Source: a virus
Taxonomy: Duplodnaviria > Caudoviricetes
Length of the DNA stretch: 26,788 nucleotides
Direction: 5' to 3' (one strand)
IMG/VR virus record: IMGVR_UViG_3300044513_002984
Span: 1 to 26,788 of that record
Below are positions 1-7,886 of the stretch, in pieces. Below the pieces are notes generated by a model. The model had not been told where the DNA came from. It did no database searches and was given only the letters and a program-made list of their open reading frames with translations. Numbering within the stretch: the stretch's first letter is position 1; each line of letters starts with the position of its first letter. Both the position numbers and the translations under genes were made by a program.

Positions 1-2
1 TC

Positions 3-896
3 AGCAATAAGCCCCAAGACTGCCTGAGGCTACACGCCGCCTTTGGCTCTCACTTTGGTGGGGACATGGCGGTAACTCAAGCCAATTGCTACATGTTGAG
101 CGGTAAGCCCTCACTCAACGCTGACGCTATGGCGGGCGTGGTCAGGCGCTCTGGGCTCTGTCGCTTCATGCTCATCAGCTCATGGGACACAGATCACTGC
201 ACATACCAGTGCGCTCGACACGATGAGCCTGAGGCTATCGTCCACACGTTCACATACACCATTGAGATGGCTAAGGCTCAAGGGCTGACACGCAACCGTA
301 ATTGGTCACAGATGCCAATGCAGATGCTGAGAGCGCGAGCGCTGACCATGGCTCTGAGGGCGGTCTATCCTGACGCTGTCAGCGGGATGTATTCACCTGA
401 CGAGCTGGCTGACAATATGAACATGAGCGACAGCGAGCGCGCCAAGATCAGCGCTGAGAGTCTAGGTGAGGAGCTCCGTGAGCCCACAACTCAGCCACGC
501 CCTGTGAGCGCGCCACCTGCTCCCCCTTCACAACACCAAGCGATTGAGAGCGCGCCACCTGAGGACGCTGACACACCACCCGCGCTCAAGAGTCTCAGCC
601 CTGATCAGCGCCCCACCCCTCAGCATGTGGTCACACGCCTCCTAGATGTTGCCACTATGGGCTCATTAGATGAGGAGGATGGGAGCGTTGAGCCGTCAGA
701 TTGGGATGAGGTTGACCTCAAGCTGGTTACTGAGCGCGCCACCCAGGTCAAGACATGGAAGGATGTTGAGGTCTACGCCTCAGCTCTGTGGACTGTGGCG
801 AGCAAGCCCTCCAACGCCTGCCCTGATGAGCTTGATGAGCTCCTCAAGACTATCAAGAGCCTGGGCTATACTGAGGCGCGCTTAGGTATCTTCTGA
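3..896 (+). CDS. RecT/Red-beta-like single-strand annealing protein, 5'-truncated by window edge
   Basis: Frame is open from base 3 (SNKPQDCLRLHAAFGSHFGGDM...), so the ATG at 66 is probably internal. Motifs 'GKPSL', 'FTYTIEMAKAQGL..NRNWSQMPMQMLRARALTMALRAVYPDAVSGMYSPDEL' match the phage RecT-like SSAP pattern; a Pro-rich linker and an acidic C-terminal domain follow. Confidence 0.75.
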   Translation, partial: SNKPQDCLRLHAAFGSHFGGDMAVTQANCYMLSGKPSLNADAMAGVVRRSGLCRFMLISSWDTDHCTYQCARHDEPEAIVHTFTYTIEMAKAQGLTRNRNWSQMPMQMLRARALTMALRAVYPDAVSGMYSPDELADNMNMSDSERAKISAESLGEELREPTTQPRPVSAPPAPPSQHQAIESAPPEDADTPPALKSLSPDQRPTPQHVVTRLLDVATMGSLDEEDGSVEPSDWDEVDLKLVTERATQVKTWKDVEVYASALWTVASKPSNACPDELDELLKTIKSLGYTEARLGIF

Positions 897-934
897 GCTC
901 AGGCTCAGCGTGGAGGGGCATACGTCACCACCCC

Positions 935-1381
935 ATGAAAGAGATGGAGATAATGAGTAAAAAGTTTGATCACATGAAGCCTGACCGCAGAAGCACATGG
1001 TTTAAAGACCTTACACAGGATCAGCGGGATGCACGCCTCAAGCGCCTGAGAAAACGAAATCGCGCTCGTAAGCTACTTGAAGCCAGTGGCCATCGTGCTC
1101 TTGATCATCAAGAGGTGATTGAGTATTTACTTTGGGCAATCAATGGAAGCTTGGGATGGCCAAAAGACGCCATAAGGAGATTGCGTGTCTCTCGTATTGG
1201 TTCAGTTCGTCAGCTTGAGTCAATAATTGAGCATAATGAGATTGTTTCAGAGGCTTGGCTGAAGCTTTTAAGGAGAAGGCAAGCGATGAAGGATTTAGAT
1301 ATGGCTAAGACCTCAGAGGAGCTCGCCTCAGCCTATGAGTATTTTCTAAAGAACCTCCCCTTTGCTGAAGATCAAGCCTGA
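935..1381 (+). CDS. hypothetical basic protein (start 935 or 953)
   Basis: 148-aa ORF directly downstream of the RecT-like gene; Arg/Lys-rich and likely helical; no recognisable motif. Confidence 0.6.
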   Translation: MKEMEIMSKKFDHMKPDRRSTWFKDLTQDQRDARLKRLRKRNRARKLLEASGHRALDHQEVIEYLLWAINGSLGWPKDAIRRLRVSRIGSVRQLESIIEHNEIVSEAWLKLLRRRQAMKDLDMAKTSEELASAYEYFLKNLPFAEDQA

Positions 1382-1460
1382 ACCTTGACGCATACCCGCT
1401 GAGGTGGTACCCCATAAGCCTCCTTGAATGGAGCTCACCTTTCGGCGAGGTGATCTACAT

Positions 1461-1518
1461 GGCCTCTAAGCGTCTACTCTTTAACAGGAGAGGCTCAGCG
1501 CTTAGGGGCCTTCTTATA
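1461..1518 (+). terminator. stem-loop followed by T-rich tract; probable intrinsic terminator between convergent units
   Basis: GGCCTCTAAGCG (1461-1472) pairs with CGCTTAGGGGCC (1499-1510; one G-U pair), followed by TTCTTATA. The 26-nt inner region is long for a classic terminator. Confidence 0.4.
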
Positions 1519-1656
1519 TCAACAGGCCAGCGCCCCATAAGCGATGACCGCCACCAAAGCGAAGGCCCACGCATTGTCTCCAATCCGCTCAGCTATGGGG
1601 TCAGCCCAATAGCTTAGGAAGCAGACAAGGAGAAGGACAAGGGCGCTGTGTGTCAC
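1519..1656 (-). CDS. small two-helix membrane protein (45 aa; 50 aa if started at ATG 1671), not in ORF track
   Basis: GTG start overlaps the RNR stop (GTGA). Translation MTHSALVLLLVCFLSYWADPIAERIGDNAWAFALVAVIAYGALAC* has two hydrophobic segments. Confidence 0.5.
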   Translation of the reverse strand: MTHSALVLLLVCFLSYWADPIAERIGDNAWAFALVAVIAYGALAC

Positions 1657-3659
1657 GTTGTGATGGTGCATTGACCTGAGGAGCAAGCGGGCTCAAGCTG
1701 GGCGTCATAGTAGTCTGAATCAAGATGGTGAAGGTCTACACCTGACCAATCAATCTTGGCAAGCTTTAACCACACCTGCTCAGACTCAGAGCCTTCCTCC
1801 ACAGTCTCATAGGGTGCGTTCTCATATTTCTTATCACCAAACCAACCAAGGAGCGCCACGCCTCTGAGCTCGCTCCTTGCATCCCATAAGAAGTCAGCTA
1901 CATCAGCCCACTCATCAGGCTTGACTGTGCATGTATTGGAGACGTTGTGAGTCAGACCCTCAACCCTTGTCTGCTCACTCCCTGGCTTGACCCAGTGCTG
2001 ATAGACAAGCCTCACCCTCTTGAGGTGGTCAAGCGCTGTGTCATTCTCCCTAGTTAAAGCCCCCTCAGGAGCTGAACAGGCAAAGGCCACAACGCCTGTA
2101 TGCTCATCGAGCTCCACACACGCCTCAGGTACTTTGGCCCACAGCTCAGACCATACAGGATTGACCCGCGCGATTCTCATGCGCCTGATGTAGCGGCGAG
2201 CGTGGAAGGGGTGAACCCCCGCGCTTGTCCCTGCCACAGTTGAGGTGTTCCCGCTTGGCTTGATGGTGGTGACGCGTGAGGCGGTCTTGATGCCAATGGC
2301 CTTGGCGGTCTTGGCGTTCTGCTCGACACAGACCCGCGCCCCCTCCTCTAAGAGCTCAGGATTAAACATGAGCTCAGGCGCTGCACACATGCCTGTGATA
2401 CTGACGCCAATGAGCGCCTCTTGTCTGAGGATGACCTTGGTGGCTAGGAGGAGGTAGCCTTGATGAGTGTAGCCAGCTTGGAGGGTCCCAATGTGAGCGG
2501 CTGCCTTGCAAGCCTCAAGGAAGTCCTCACGGCTCTTGACCTTGGCGGCGTTGATCTCTGTGAGGTTGCAGACGCTCCACCCTGACGTCCACTCATAGCC
2601 AATCCGCTCATAGTGCTCACGACGCTCAAGGAGCTCCAAGCTGACATGAGTGACCTGCTCACCCTTAGGGTCTGTGATGATGTAGGGGAATAGACCAATC
2701 TCAGCACATGGGTTAGTCCCATGATGTGGGTTGGCTTGCCATAGGACACCAGGCTCACCCCATTGGCGCGCCATCTCCACCACTTGGTCCACAGTCGAGC
2801 GGTCTGCCTCTGTGATACTCAGCCCCGCTGAGATGTTGGCGTAGGCGCGCTGTGGATGGTCAACCCACCATTCACCTGTCTTAGACTCCATCATGAGGTG
2901 GTCATCCTCATCAAATATGGCGATGGAGGCTGAGCGCCTGACACCACCTGAGAGGACCGCCTCTGACAACAACATCATGATGTCGAAGCAATCAATTGAC
3001 CTGAGCCTTGGCATCTTCACCAACACCAAACGGCTCAAGAGCTTCTCAATCTCCTCGAGCGCCTTAGCTAGAGGCTCATGGCCTGGGGCGTTCCCGCCTG
3101 AGCTGATGGGTGCGCCCTTCTTCCTGATGAGGCTAAAATCGAACTTAAAATCATAATAGTCCTCATAGTAGCCCCTGTGTAGATAGCTCTCGATGAGGAG
3201 GTTCACAGCGTGAGCCCAGCCCTCAATAGAGTCGCTCACCATGTGTCTCCTACGCTCACGCCTGATCATCTCTGAGGGAGCGAGGAGGCGCGGGAGGCGG
3301 TTAATGTCCTTAGCTCTGAGGCTAAAGCCTGTTCCACAGCCTGAGAGGAGGAGCCAGAACGCCTCAGCGAAGAAGCGTGGGCGGTCACATGGGGAGTAGG
3401 TGCAATTGTAAATCCTCATGTTGTTTCGCTCGATAGGACGCCCGCCAAACTGTGTCGAGCGCTGAGAGGGGAACACCCTCATCTGCCTAACGAGCTTGAA
3501 GGCGTTCATCGTCTCACCTACCACCTGTGGGTAGCGCTTGAGGTGCATAGCCTCTACTCTACTGACTGCATGGTCCCAAAGCTCACGACCACCGCCACCC
3601 ACTAGGGGACGCGCGTATTGAGCAGAGAAAGCCACCTGTCCAAGCAGATCATTCTGCAT
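1653..3659 (-). CDS. nrdJ: class II adenosylcobalamin-dependent ribonucleotide reductase (monomeric RTPR type)
   Basis: Motifs IYNC, LLSGCGTGF, VLSGGVRRSA, GEPG, TNPCAEI (thiyl Cys), CNLTEIN, TTIKPSGNTS, HNVSNT and a C-terminal redox pair ACSSGQC. No ATP-cone and no adjacent beta subunit. Confidence 0.92.
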   Translation of the reverse strand: MQNDLLGQVAFSAQYARPLVGGGGRELWDHAVSRVEAMHLKRYPQVVGETMNAFKLVRQMRVFPSQRSTQFGGRPIERNNMRIYNCTYSPCDRPRFFAEAFWLLLSGCGTGFSLRAKDINRLPRLLAPSEMIRRERRRHMVSDSIEGWAHAVNLLIESYLHRGYYEDYYDFKFDFSLIRKKGAPISSGGNAPGHEPLAKALEEIEKLLSRLVLVKMPRLRSIDCFDIMMLLSEAVLSGGVRRSASIAIFDEDDHLMMESKTGEWWVDHPQRAYANISAGLSITEADRSTVDQVVEMARQWGEPGVLWQANPHHGTNPCAEIGLFPYIITDPKGEQVTHVSLELLERREHYERIGYEWTSGWSVCNLTEINAAKVKSREDFLEACKAAAHIGTLQAGYTHQGYLLLATKVILRQEALIGVSITGMCAAPELMFNPELLEEGARVCVEQNAKTAKAIGIKTASRVTTIKPSGNTSTVAGTSAGVHPFHARRYIRRMRIARVNPVWSELWAKVPEACVELDEHTGVVAFACSAPEGALTRENDTALDHLKRVRLVYQHWVKPGSEQTRVEGLTHNVSNTCTVKPDEWADVADFLWDARSELRGVALLGWFGDKKYENAPYETVEEGSESEQVWLKLAKIDWSGVDLHHLDSDYYDAQLEPACSSGQCTITT

Positions 3660-3699
3660 GGGTCACCATCCTTCTATGGGGCTGAGCCCCTGGTCTAGT

Positions 3700-4122
3700 C
3701 TATCTGCTGATCAGATAGATAATTGTCACAGACGTGGAGAGGCTCAGACCAAGCGTGGCCCCTCTCCACCACCACATGTCATCCCGCGCCAAGTCCCGCT
3801 CCTCAATCGCCTTGGCTGTGAGCTCCTTAAGCTTGGCTTGCTCATCTAGGTACGCCTGATGAACCGCCTTGTGATTGTCTTGAACCTTACCCAGCTCCTC
3901 AATGAATGAAGCCTTGAGGAGGTCAATGCGCCTAGTCCAATACTCCTCTTGATTGAGTAGATCAGATTGGACACGAGCGAACTCACCTAGCTCTAGGCAA
4001 AACTCATCAGAGGGCTCAATATAGCGCGCCGTGATGACCTCACCTGTAGTGAGGGTCAGAGGCTCACTGAGCTGAGGGAGCGGTGTGAGGATCGTGAACA
4101 GGCTGAGGAGGATAGGTGTCAT
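3700..4122 (-). CDS. signal-peptide + coiled-coil + C-terminal TM protein; candidate spanin component
   Basis: Likely start ATG 4122 (MTPILLSLFTIL..., GAGG upstream) rather than 4212; coiled coil; C-terminal hydrophobic WWWRGATLGLSLSTSVTIIYLISR; overlaps the upstream gene. Confidence 0.5.
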   Translation of the reverse strand: MTPILLSLFTILTPLPQLSEPLTLTTGEVITARYIEPSDEFCLELGEFARVQSDLLNQEEYWTRRIDLLKASFIEELGKVQDNHKAVHQAYLDEQAKLKELTAKAIEERDLARDDMWWWRGATLGLSLSTSVTIIYLISR

Positions 4123-4414
4123 GTGAAGCCTCACAGATGCGACAGCGGAGCGCCTTATAATTCTCAAGAGTGAGCTCACAGCGCTCACGCTCAAGGCGGA
4201 GCTCATCCTCACACTTGTCAGGTAGATTGGTCAAGAGCTCTTTCTCACAAGCTTGGCGCTTCTCAATCGCCACACCTAAAGCCTCCTCACAGGTGCCACA
4301 GTCTACCTCTGAGCATGAGACACCAATCCACGCGCCCCCGCCAATGGCGAGCACAGACCACACAGCGATGATTGAGAGCGCCTGAGTGAGGCTGAGGTCA
4401 TGAGGGGGAATCAT
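4064..4414 (-). CDS. N-terminal TM, Cys-rich coiled-coil protein; candidate spanin component
   Basis: Hydrophobic ALSIIAVWSVLAIGGGAWIGV, then 8 Cys in a charged helical segment; ATGA overlap with the holin-like gene. Confidence 0.5.
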   Translation of the reverse strand: MIPPHDLSLTQALSIIAVWSVLAIGGGAWIGVSCSEVDCGTCEEALGVAIEKRQACEKELLTNLPDKCEDELRLERERCELTLENYKALRCRICEASHDTYPPQPVHDPHTAPSAQ

Positions 4415-4686
4415 TTGGCTGTCTCATACACGCTAAGCATACGCTCAATCCGTGTGAGCTGAGCGCCAAGCGCCTCAAGCTTCACCTCAATCTTTGCGCT
4501 CTGCACCTCAATAGCCTGGGTGCGCTTGTTGAGCGTCTTAGTCTCAGCCTCAAGCGCCATGATCTGAGCGGCCTGTTGATCACACTTGGATTGCAGGGTG
4601 CCGATGTCCCTCATGGTGATCATCACCCAACCGAGCACAGGAATGAGGGCGATGGTGATAATGTCTTTTAGTTTGTCCCAATTCAT
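4411..4686 (-). CDS. holin-like protein (single TM + coiled coil)
   Basis: 91 aa; TM IITIALIPVLGWVMI followed by a heptad coiled coil ending RIERML; AGGAG SD upstream. Confidence 0.55.
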   Translation of the reverse strand: MNWDKLKDIITIALIPVLGWVMITMRDIGTLQSKCDQQAAQIMALEAETKTLNKRTQAIEVQSAKIEVKLEALGAQLTRIERMLSVYETAK

Positions 4687-4695
4687 GAGGATCTC

Positions 4696-5187
4696 CTAGT
4701 CTGGCACCGACATAATTACACAGCCACAAGGGAAGCTGCTATCCATCGAATAAGTCAGGGTAGTGTTCCCATTGTCTGCAAAGATATATGTCTGTTTTAA
4801 TCTCACAGTTACAGAGGTCGTGATTGAACTCGAAGGGATGTAGATGACTGCCTCAGGTCGGTTAGTTGGGTTCTTTTCTAAAATCACAGATGCATTAGAG
4901 GTACCGCTTACGATGGAAGCCTTAAAGCCTGTAGTTGATCCCTGTAACTCCCATTGATTCTCGATCCTTAACAGATTATAGCTATTTGTGCCTCTAGTAA
5001 AAGACACCACCCCCCTGAGCCAATAACTACGACCGCTCGCCAATGCGAATGAATTACTTGATGGCCTAGTAACACCAGCGCCTAAACTGCTAGGCACACT
5101 AAACTCGTAGTATGGCGAGCTAAAACCAGAGAAGTAGTGAAAACTCACGTCTGCATTAGTGGATTTGTCAATAGGTAAAAAGCTCAT
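4696..5187 (-). CDS. small beta-rich protein, putative fibre-associated/receptor-binding module
   Basis: 163 aa, Ser/Thr/aromatic-rich; AT-richer DNA; ATGA-coupled to the upstream gene. Confidence 0.6.
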   Translation of the reverse strand: MSFLPIDKSTNADVSFHYFSGFSSPYYEFSVPSSLGAGVTRPSSNSFALASGRSYWLRGVVSFTRGTNSYNLLRIENQWELQGSTTGFKASIVSGTSNASVILEKNPTNRPEAVIYIPSSSITTSVTVRLKQTYIFADNGNTTLTYSMDSSFPCGCVIMSVPD

Positions 5188-5615
5188 TGAATGAGTACCC
5201 CCACTAGCCTATTAAAGTTTGCTAGGTTGTCATGACTATTGTACAGAGAGACTGATCTCACCTCAGTTGACTTTGTAGCACCTGTCTTATTTAGAGAGTA
5301 TGCAATATCTCCAGAGGCGGGATTATTTCGGCTACCTGCCTCGCCTGAATACTCAACTGACGTAAACTCTTCTGTTAATGATGTTTGAGTAAACTGAAGC
5401 CTGAAATGATGGCGGAAGTCTGTTGTAGCTCCATCCTTTGTACTTCTGCAGTCTGCCCAAATAAACGCATTATCTGGGATATACACTGTAGTAGCAGATA
5501 AATTATCCATGTTCACAAAGGTGTCAAAGTCAAGGTTATAGGTACCAGTGGTCTCGTTTTGAAAAACAGAGTTATATGCAGAGATAAAAGGTACTTTCGA
5601 GGGCGTATAAGACAT
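5184..5615 (-). CDS. small beta-rich protein, putative fibre-associated module
   Basis: 143 aa, begins MSYTP; GGAGG SD; AT-richer DNA. Confidence 0.6.
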   Translation of the reverse strand: MSYTPSKVPFISAYNSVFQNETTGTYNLDFDTFVNMDNLSATTVYIPDNAFIWADCRSTKDGATTDFRHHFRLQFTQTSLTEEFTSVEYSGEAGSRNNPASGDIAYSLNKTGATKSTEVRSVSLYNSHDNLANFNRLVGVLIQ

Positions 5616-5616
5616 G

Positions 5617-6066
5617 CTAGACCTCCAATATAATCAAATATGTGCCATCTGCTTTTATAGTACCTGATGACCCCACACTATACAGGAAGAAAGACAGAGG
5701 CGAGGTGAGGCGCACCTGTGCTTGTAGCACTTGGCTGTCACTTTCATCTGTTTGGACACTCTTTGCTCCCATCCATCCATCAGCCATAGGAAGCTTTGTT
5801 GATGTAGCGTTATTATAGAAATCAATTACATAGCTATCAGTATTTAAGCTTCTGTCTATAGCCACAGCGCCAAAGATCACATAATCACCCGCCTGCAGTG
5901 TCACTACGTTACTAGATACAGAGACGCCTGAGAGAGAGCTATGGCTGGTCGTGACTGTGTTTAGAGGTACAGTGTTTCCTGATGTAAATGAGGTGTCAGA
6001 CGATAGAGAGACCTGTGTCATGTATGTCTTACTGCCACCTGATGGAGAGACTGAATAAGTCATCAT
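5617..6066 (-). CDS. small C1q/BclA-C-like beta-sandwich protein, putative fibre-associated module
   Basis: 'TVPLNTVT...GVSVSSNVVTLQAGDYVIFGAV' resembles the C1q/TNF-like jelly-roll pattern; AGGAGG SD immediately after the fibre gene. Confidence 0.55.
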   Translation of the reverse strand: MMTYSVSPSGGSKTYMTQVSLSSDTSFTSGNTVPLNTVTTSHSSLSGVSVSSNVVTLQAGDYVIFGAVAIDRSLNTDSYVIDFYNNATSTKLPMADGWMGAKSVQTDESDSQVLQAQVRLTSPLSFFLYSVGSSGTIKADGTYLIILEV

Positions 6067-6072
6067 AACCTC

Positions 6073-7875
6073 CTAAATGATAAACCAATTAGAGCCGTCA
6101 GTGGTCAGGGTCACGCTCGCCTCTTGTGTGGCGATATTAAAGGTTGCGCTTCCATCAATCGTCTCTGAGCCATTAGGGTCAACAGTGATTGTGTTGGTTG
6201 AGCGGTTCTTGATCTGATACCGGAACCCGCTCCCACAGGTGGCAGCCGCTACCAAGTTAACGCTGATCGCTGTGCTCGGTGTGTAGATGTACACTTCCTC
6301 AATCCCAGAGGGTGTGGTTAACGTCTGATCAGTTGAAGGTGAGGAGACTGTGACGCTAGGAGCTGAGCCACCGCCCCCGCTCTGCGCTGTAGCCTCCCAA
6401 TCTCCTGAAGTGCTGTTATAGGCGATCACGTCCCCATTATTGGGGCTTGCCGCGCTCACGTCGCCAATATCATTTAGCGCTGCGACACTTGCAGAGATCC
6501 CAGTCAATAATGAGCCATCGACCGCAGGCAGCTGAGCAGAGCCGTTAAGCTGTACGACATTATTGGCTGAGGTGCCGACATCGAGCGCGGCTGCTGTGCC
6601 GAGCGTAGGCGTGCCGGTCAAGTCGCTATATGCACCGGTCGTCGCTACAGTCGCGAGCGTAGGCGTTCCTGTGACATCAGAGTAAGCCACCGCGCCAGAC
6701 TCCCAGTCGCCTGACGTGGAGTTGTATTTGATCACGTTGGTGTCGCTTGGAGCTGCCGCGCTCACGTCCCCAATGTCATTCAAGGCCGCGACGCTGGCGC
6801 TAACTGTGTTGTTTTCCCACTCGCCAGATGTGCCGTTATAAACCAGCGCCTCACCATTTGATGGGCTTGTGATGCTCACACCATTAAAGCTCTCAAGCCT
6901 AGTCGCTGTGATCTCTTGTAGGGAGCTCGTACCAATCCAAACAAACGAGCGCGCCTCGTATGGCTCAACGGTGAAGCTAGTCACATTGGAGCCAGAGAGT
7001 AGGCGCGTTGAAGGGCAGTTGACCACTGCCTGGCTTATCCCATCACTATTAAAGAAACTGACGACCCCACCAACCGCAGCACTAGTAGCGGAGGGTAGCG
7101 TGATCGGGTTCGCTGGGTTGGTTAGGGCAATATCATAGTGTTGCCTGCGGTTGTCAGTGATTTGAGAGAGCGTAGGCCCAAGGCTCGCAATCTGCGTCTG
7201 ATAAAACAGAGTCCCGTTTGGTAGATTAGTTAGCTGTGAGCCGTCAATAGCTGGGAGCTTGGCCGAGCCATCAAGCTGCACTACATTCCCTGCCAAGGTG
7301 CCCACGTCCTCAGCTGAGGCAGTGCCGAGCGTAGGCGTGCCTGATAGATCGCTATAAGCACCGGTCGTCGCCACAGTCGCGAGAGTCGGTGTGCCTGTGA
7401 GATCGCTATATGCACCGGTGCTCGCCACAGTCGCGAGCCCGGAGATGTCAGCAGTCGAGAGAGTGACTGCACCGGTGCGCCCTGCAACGCTCGTGACGCT
7501 ATCAGTCGAGTCGATCTTGTCGATCTTATTTGGGTCTACAGTCCCGCCCATATCTGCATTAACTAGCAGGTGATCACCGACGGCCCAGACGATGCCCTGA
7601 TAGGTGCCTGCACCATCGATCACATAGAGGTCGCCCTGCTCTGCATTTGAGAGGTCGAGAGGCGCAGCTGCGTCGAAGGTGCCCTTATAGGTCACGCCAC
7701 CAACAACAGCAGCATCGACGACGCTCTTGAGCTTAAGAGGTGTGATCGCTGTTGTGTCATCGGTGCCGGTGGTCGCCTCGGCACTAGTCGCGATCCTGAT
7801 CTTGCCGCTTACTGTCTCGGTTGCGTCTGGTACAGATGCAGCGCCTGCGCTCGGTGGTAGAAATAAGACTGACAT
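6073..7875 (-). CDS. tail fibre protein with internal repeats
   Basis: Motifs typical of phage fibres: DATETVSGKIRIAT, YKGTFDA, VTSVAGRTGAVTL, ATVATTGAYSDL, VGT..NVVQL.GSA.LPA.DGS, LNDIGDV...Y.STSGDWE, and C-terminal ...IKNR...GSETIDG...TDGSNWFII. Confidence 0.85.
   Translation of the reverse strand: MSVLFLPPSAGAASVPDATETVSGKIRIATSAEATTGTDDTTAITPLKLKSVVDAAVVGGVTYKGTFDAAAPLDLSNAEQGDLYVIDGAGTYQGIVWAVGDHLLVNADMGGTVDPNKIDKIDSTDSVTSVAGRTGAVTLSTADISGLATVASTGAYSDLTGTPTLATVATTGAYSDLSGTPTLGTASAEDVGTLAGNVVQLDGSAKLPAIDGSQLTNLPNGTLFYQTQIASLGPTLSQITDNRRQHYDIALTNPANPITLPSATSAAVGGVVSFFNSDGISQAVVNCPSTRLLSGSNVTSFTVEPYEARSFVWIGTSSLQEITATRLESFNGVSITSPSNGEALVYNGTSGEWENNTVSASVAALNDIGDVSAAAPSDTNVIKYNSTSGDWESGAVAYSDVTGTPTLATVATTGAYSDLTGTPTLGTAAALDVGTSANNVVQLNGSAQLPAVDGSLLTGISASVAALNDIGDVSAASPNNGDVIAYNSTSGDWEATAQSGGGGSAPSVTVSSPSTDQTLTTPSGIEEVYIYTPSTAISVNLVAAATCGSGFRYQIKNRSTNTITVDPNGSETIDGSATFNIATQEASVTLTTDGSNWFII
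6596..7437. repeat. direct repeats within the tail fibre gene (54-bp tandem units and a dispersed copy)
   Basis: GTGCCGAGCGTAGGCGTGCC is identical at 6596-6615 and 7322-7341. Near-identical TCGCTATAwGCACCGGT..TCGCyACAGTCGCGAG copies at ~6623, ~7349 and ~7403 (54-bp period). Confidence 0.85.
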
Positions 7876-7886
7876 GAGAGAGCTCC

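Noticed and set aside
1382-1518. tRNA gene
   Set aside because: No cloverleaf, no T-loop GTTC consensus and no acceptor stem.
2568-2708. Intein in nrdJ
   Set aside because: The insert is too short and lacks the terminal His-Asn splice motif.
7322-7437. 54-bp periodic repeats as a CRISPR array
   Set aside because: No unique spacers; the repeats encode an 18-aa protein repeat.
6073-7875. Fibre repeats as the TR/VR pair of a diversity-generating retroelement
   Set aside because: No reverse transcriptase in the window; the repeats are internal, in-frame and differ mostly at synonymous sites rather than specifically at adenines.
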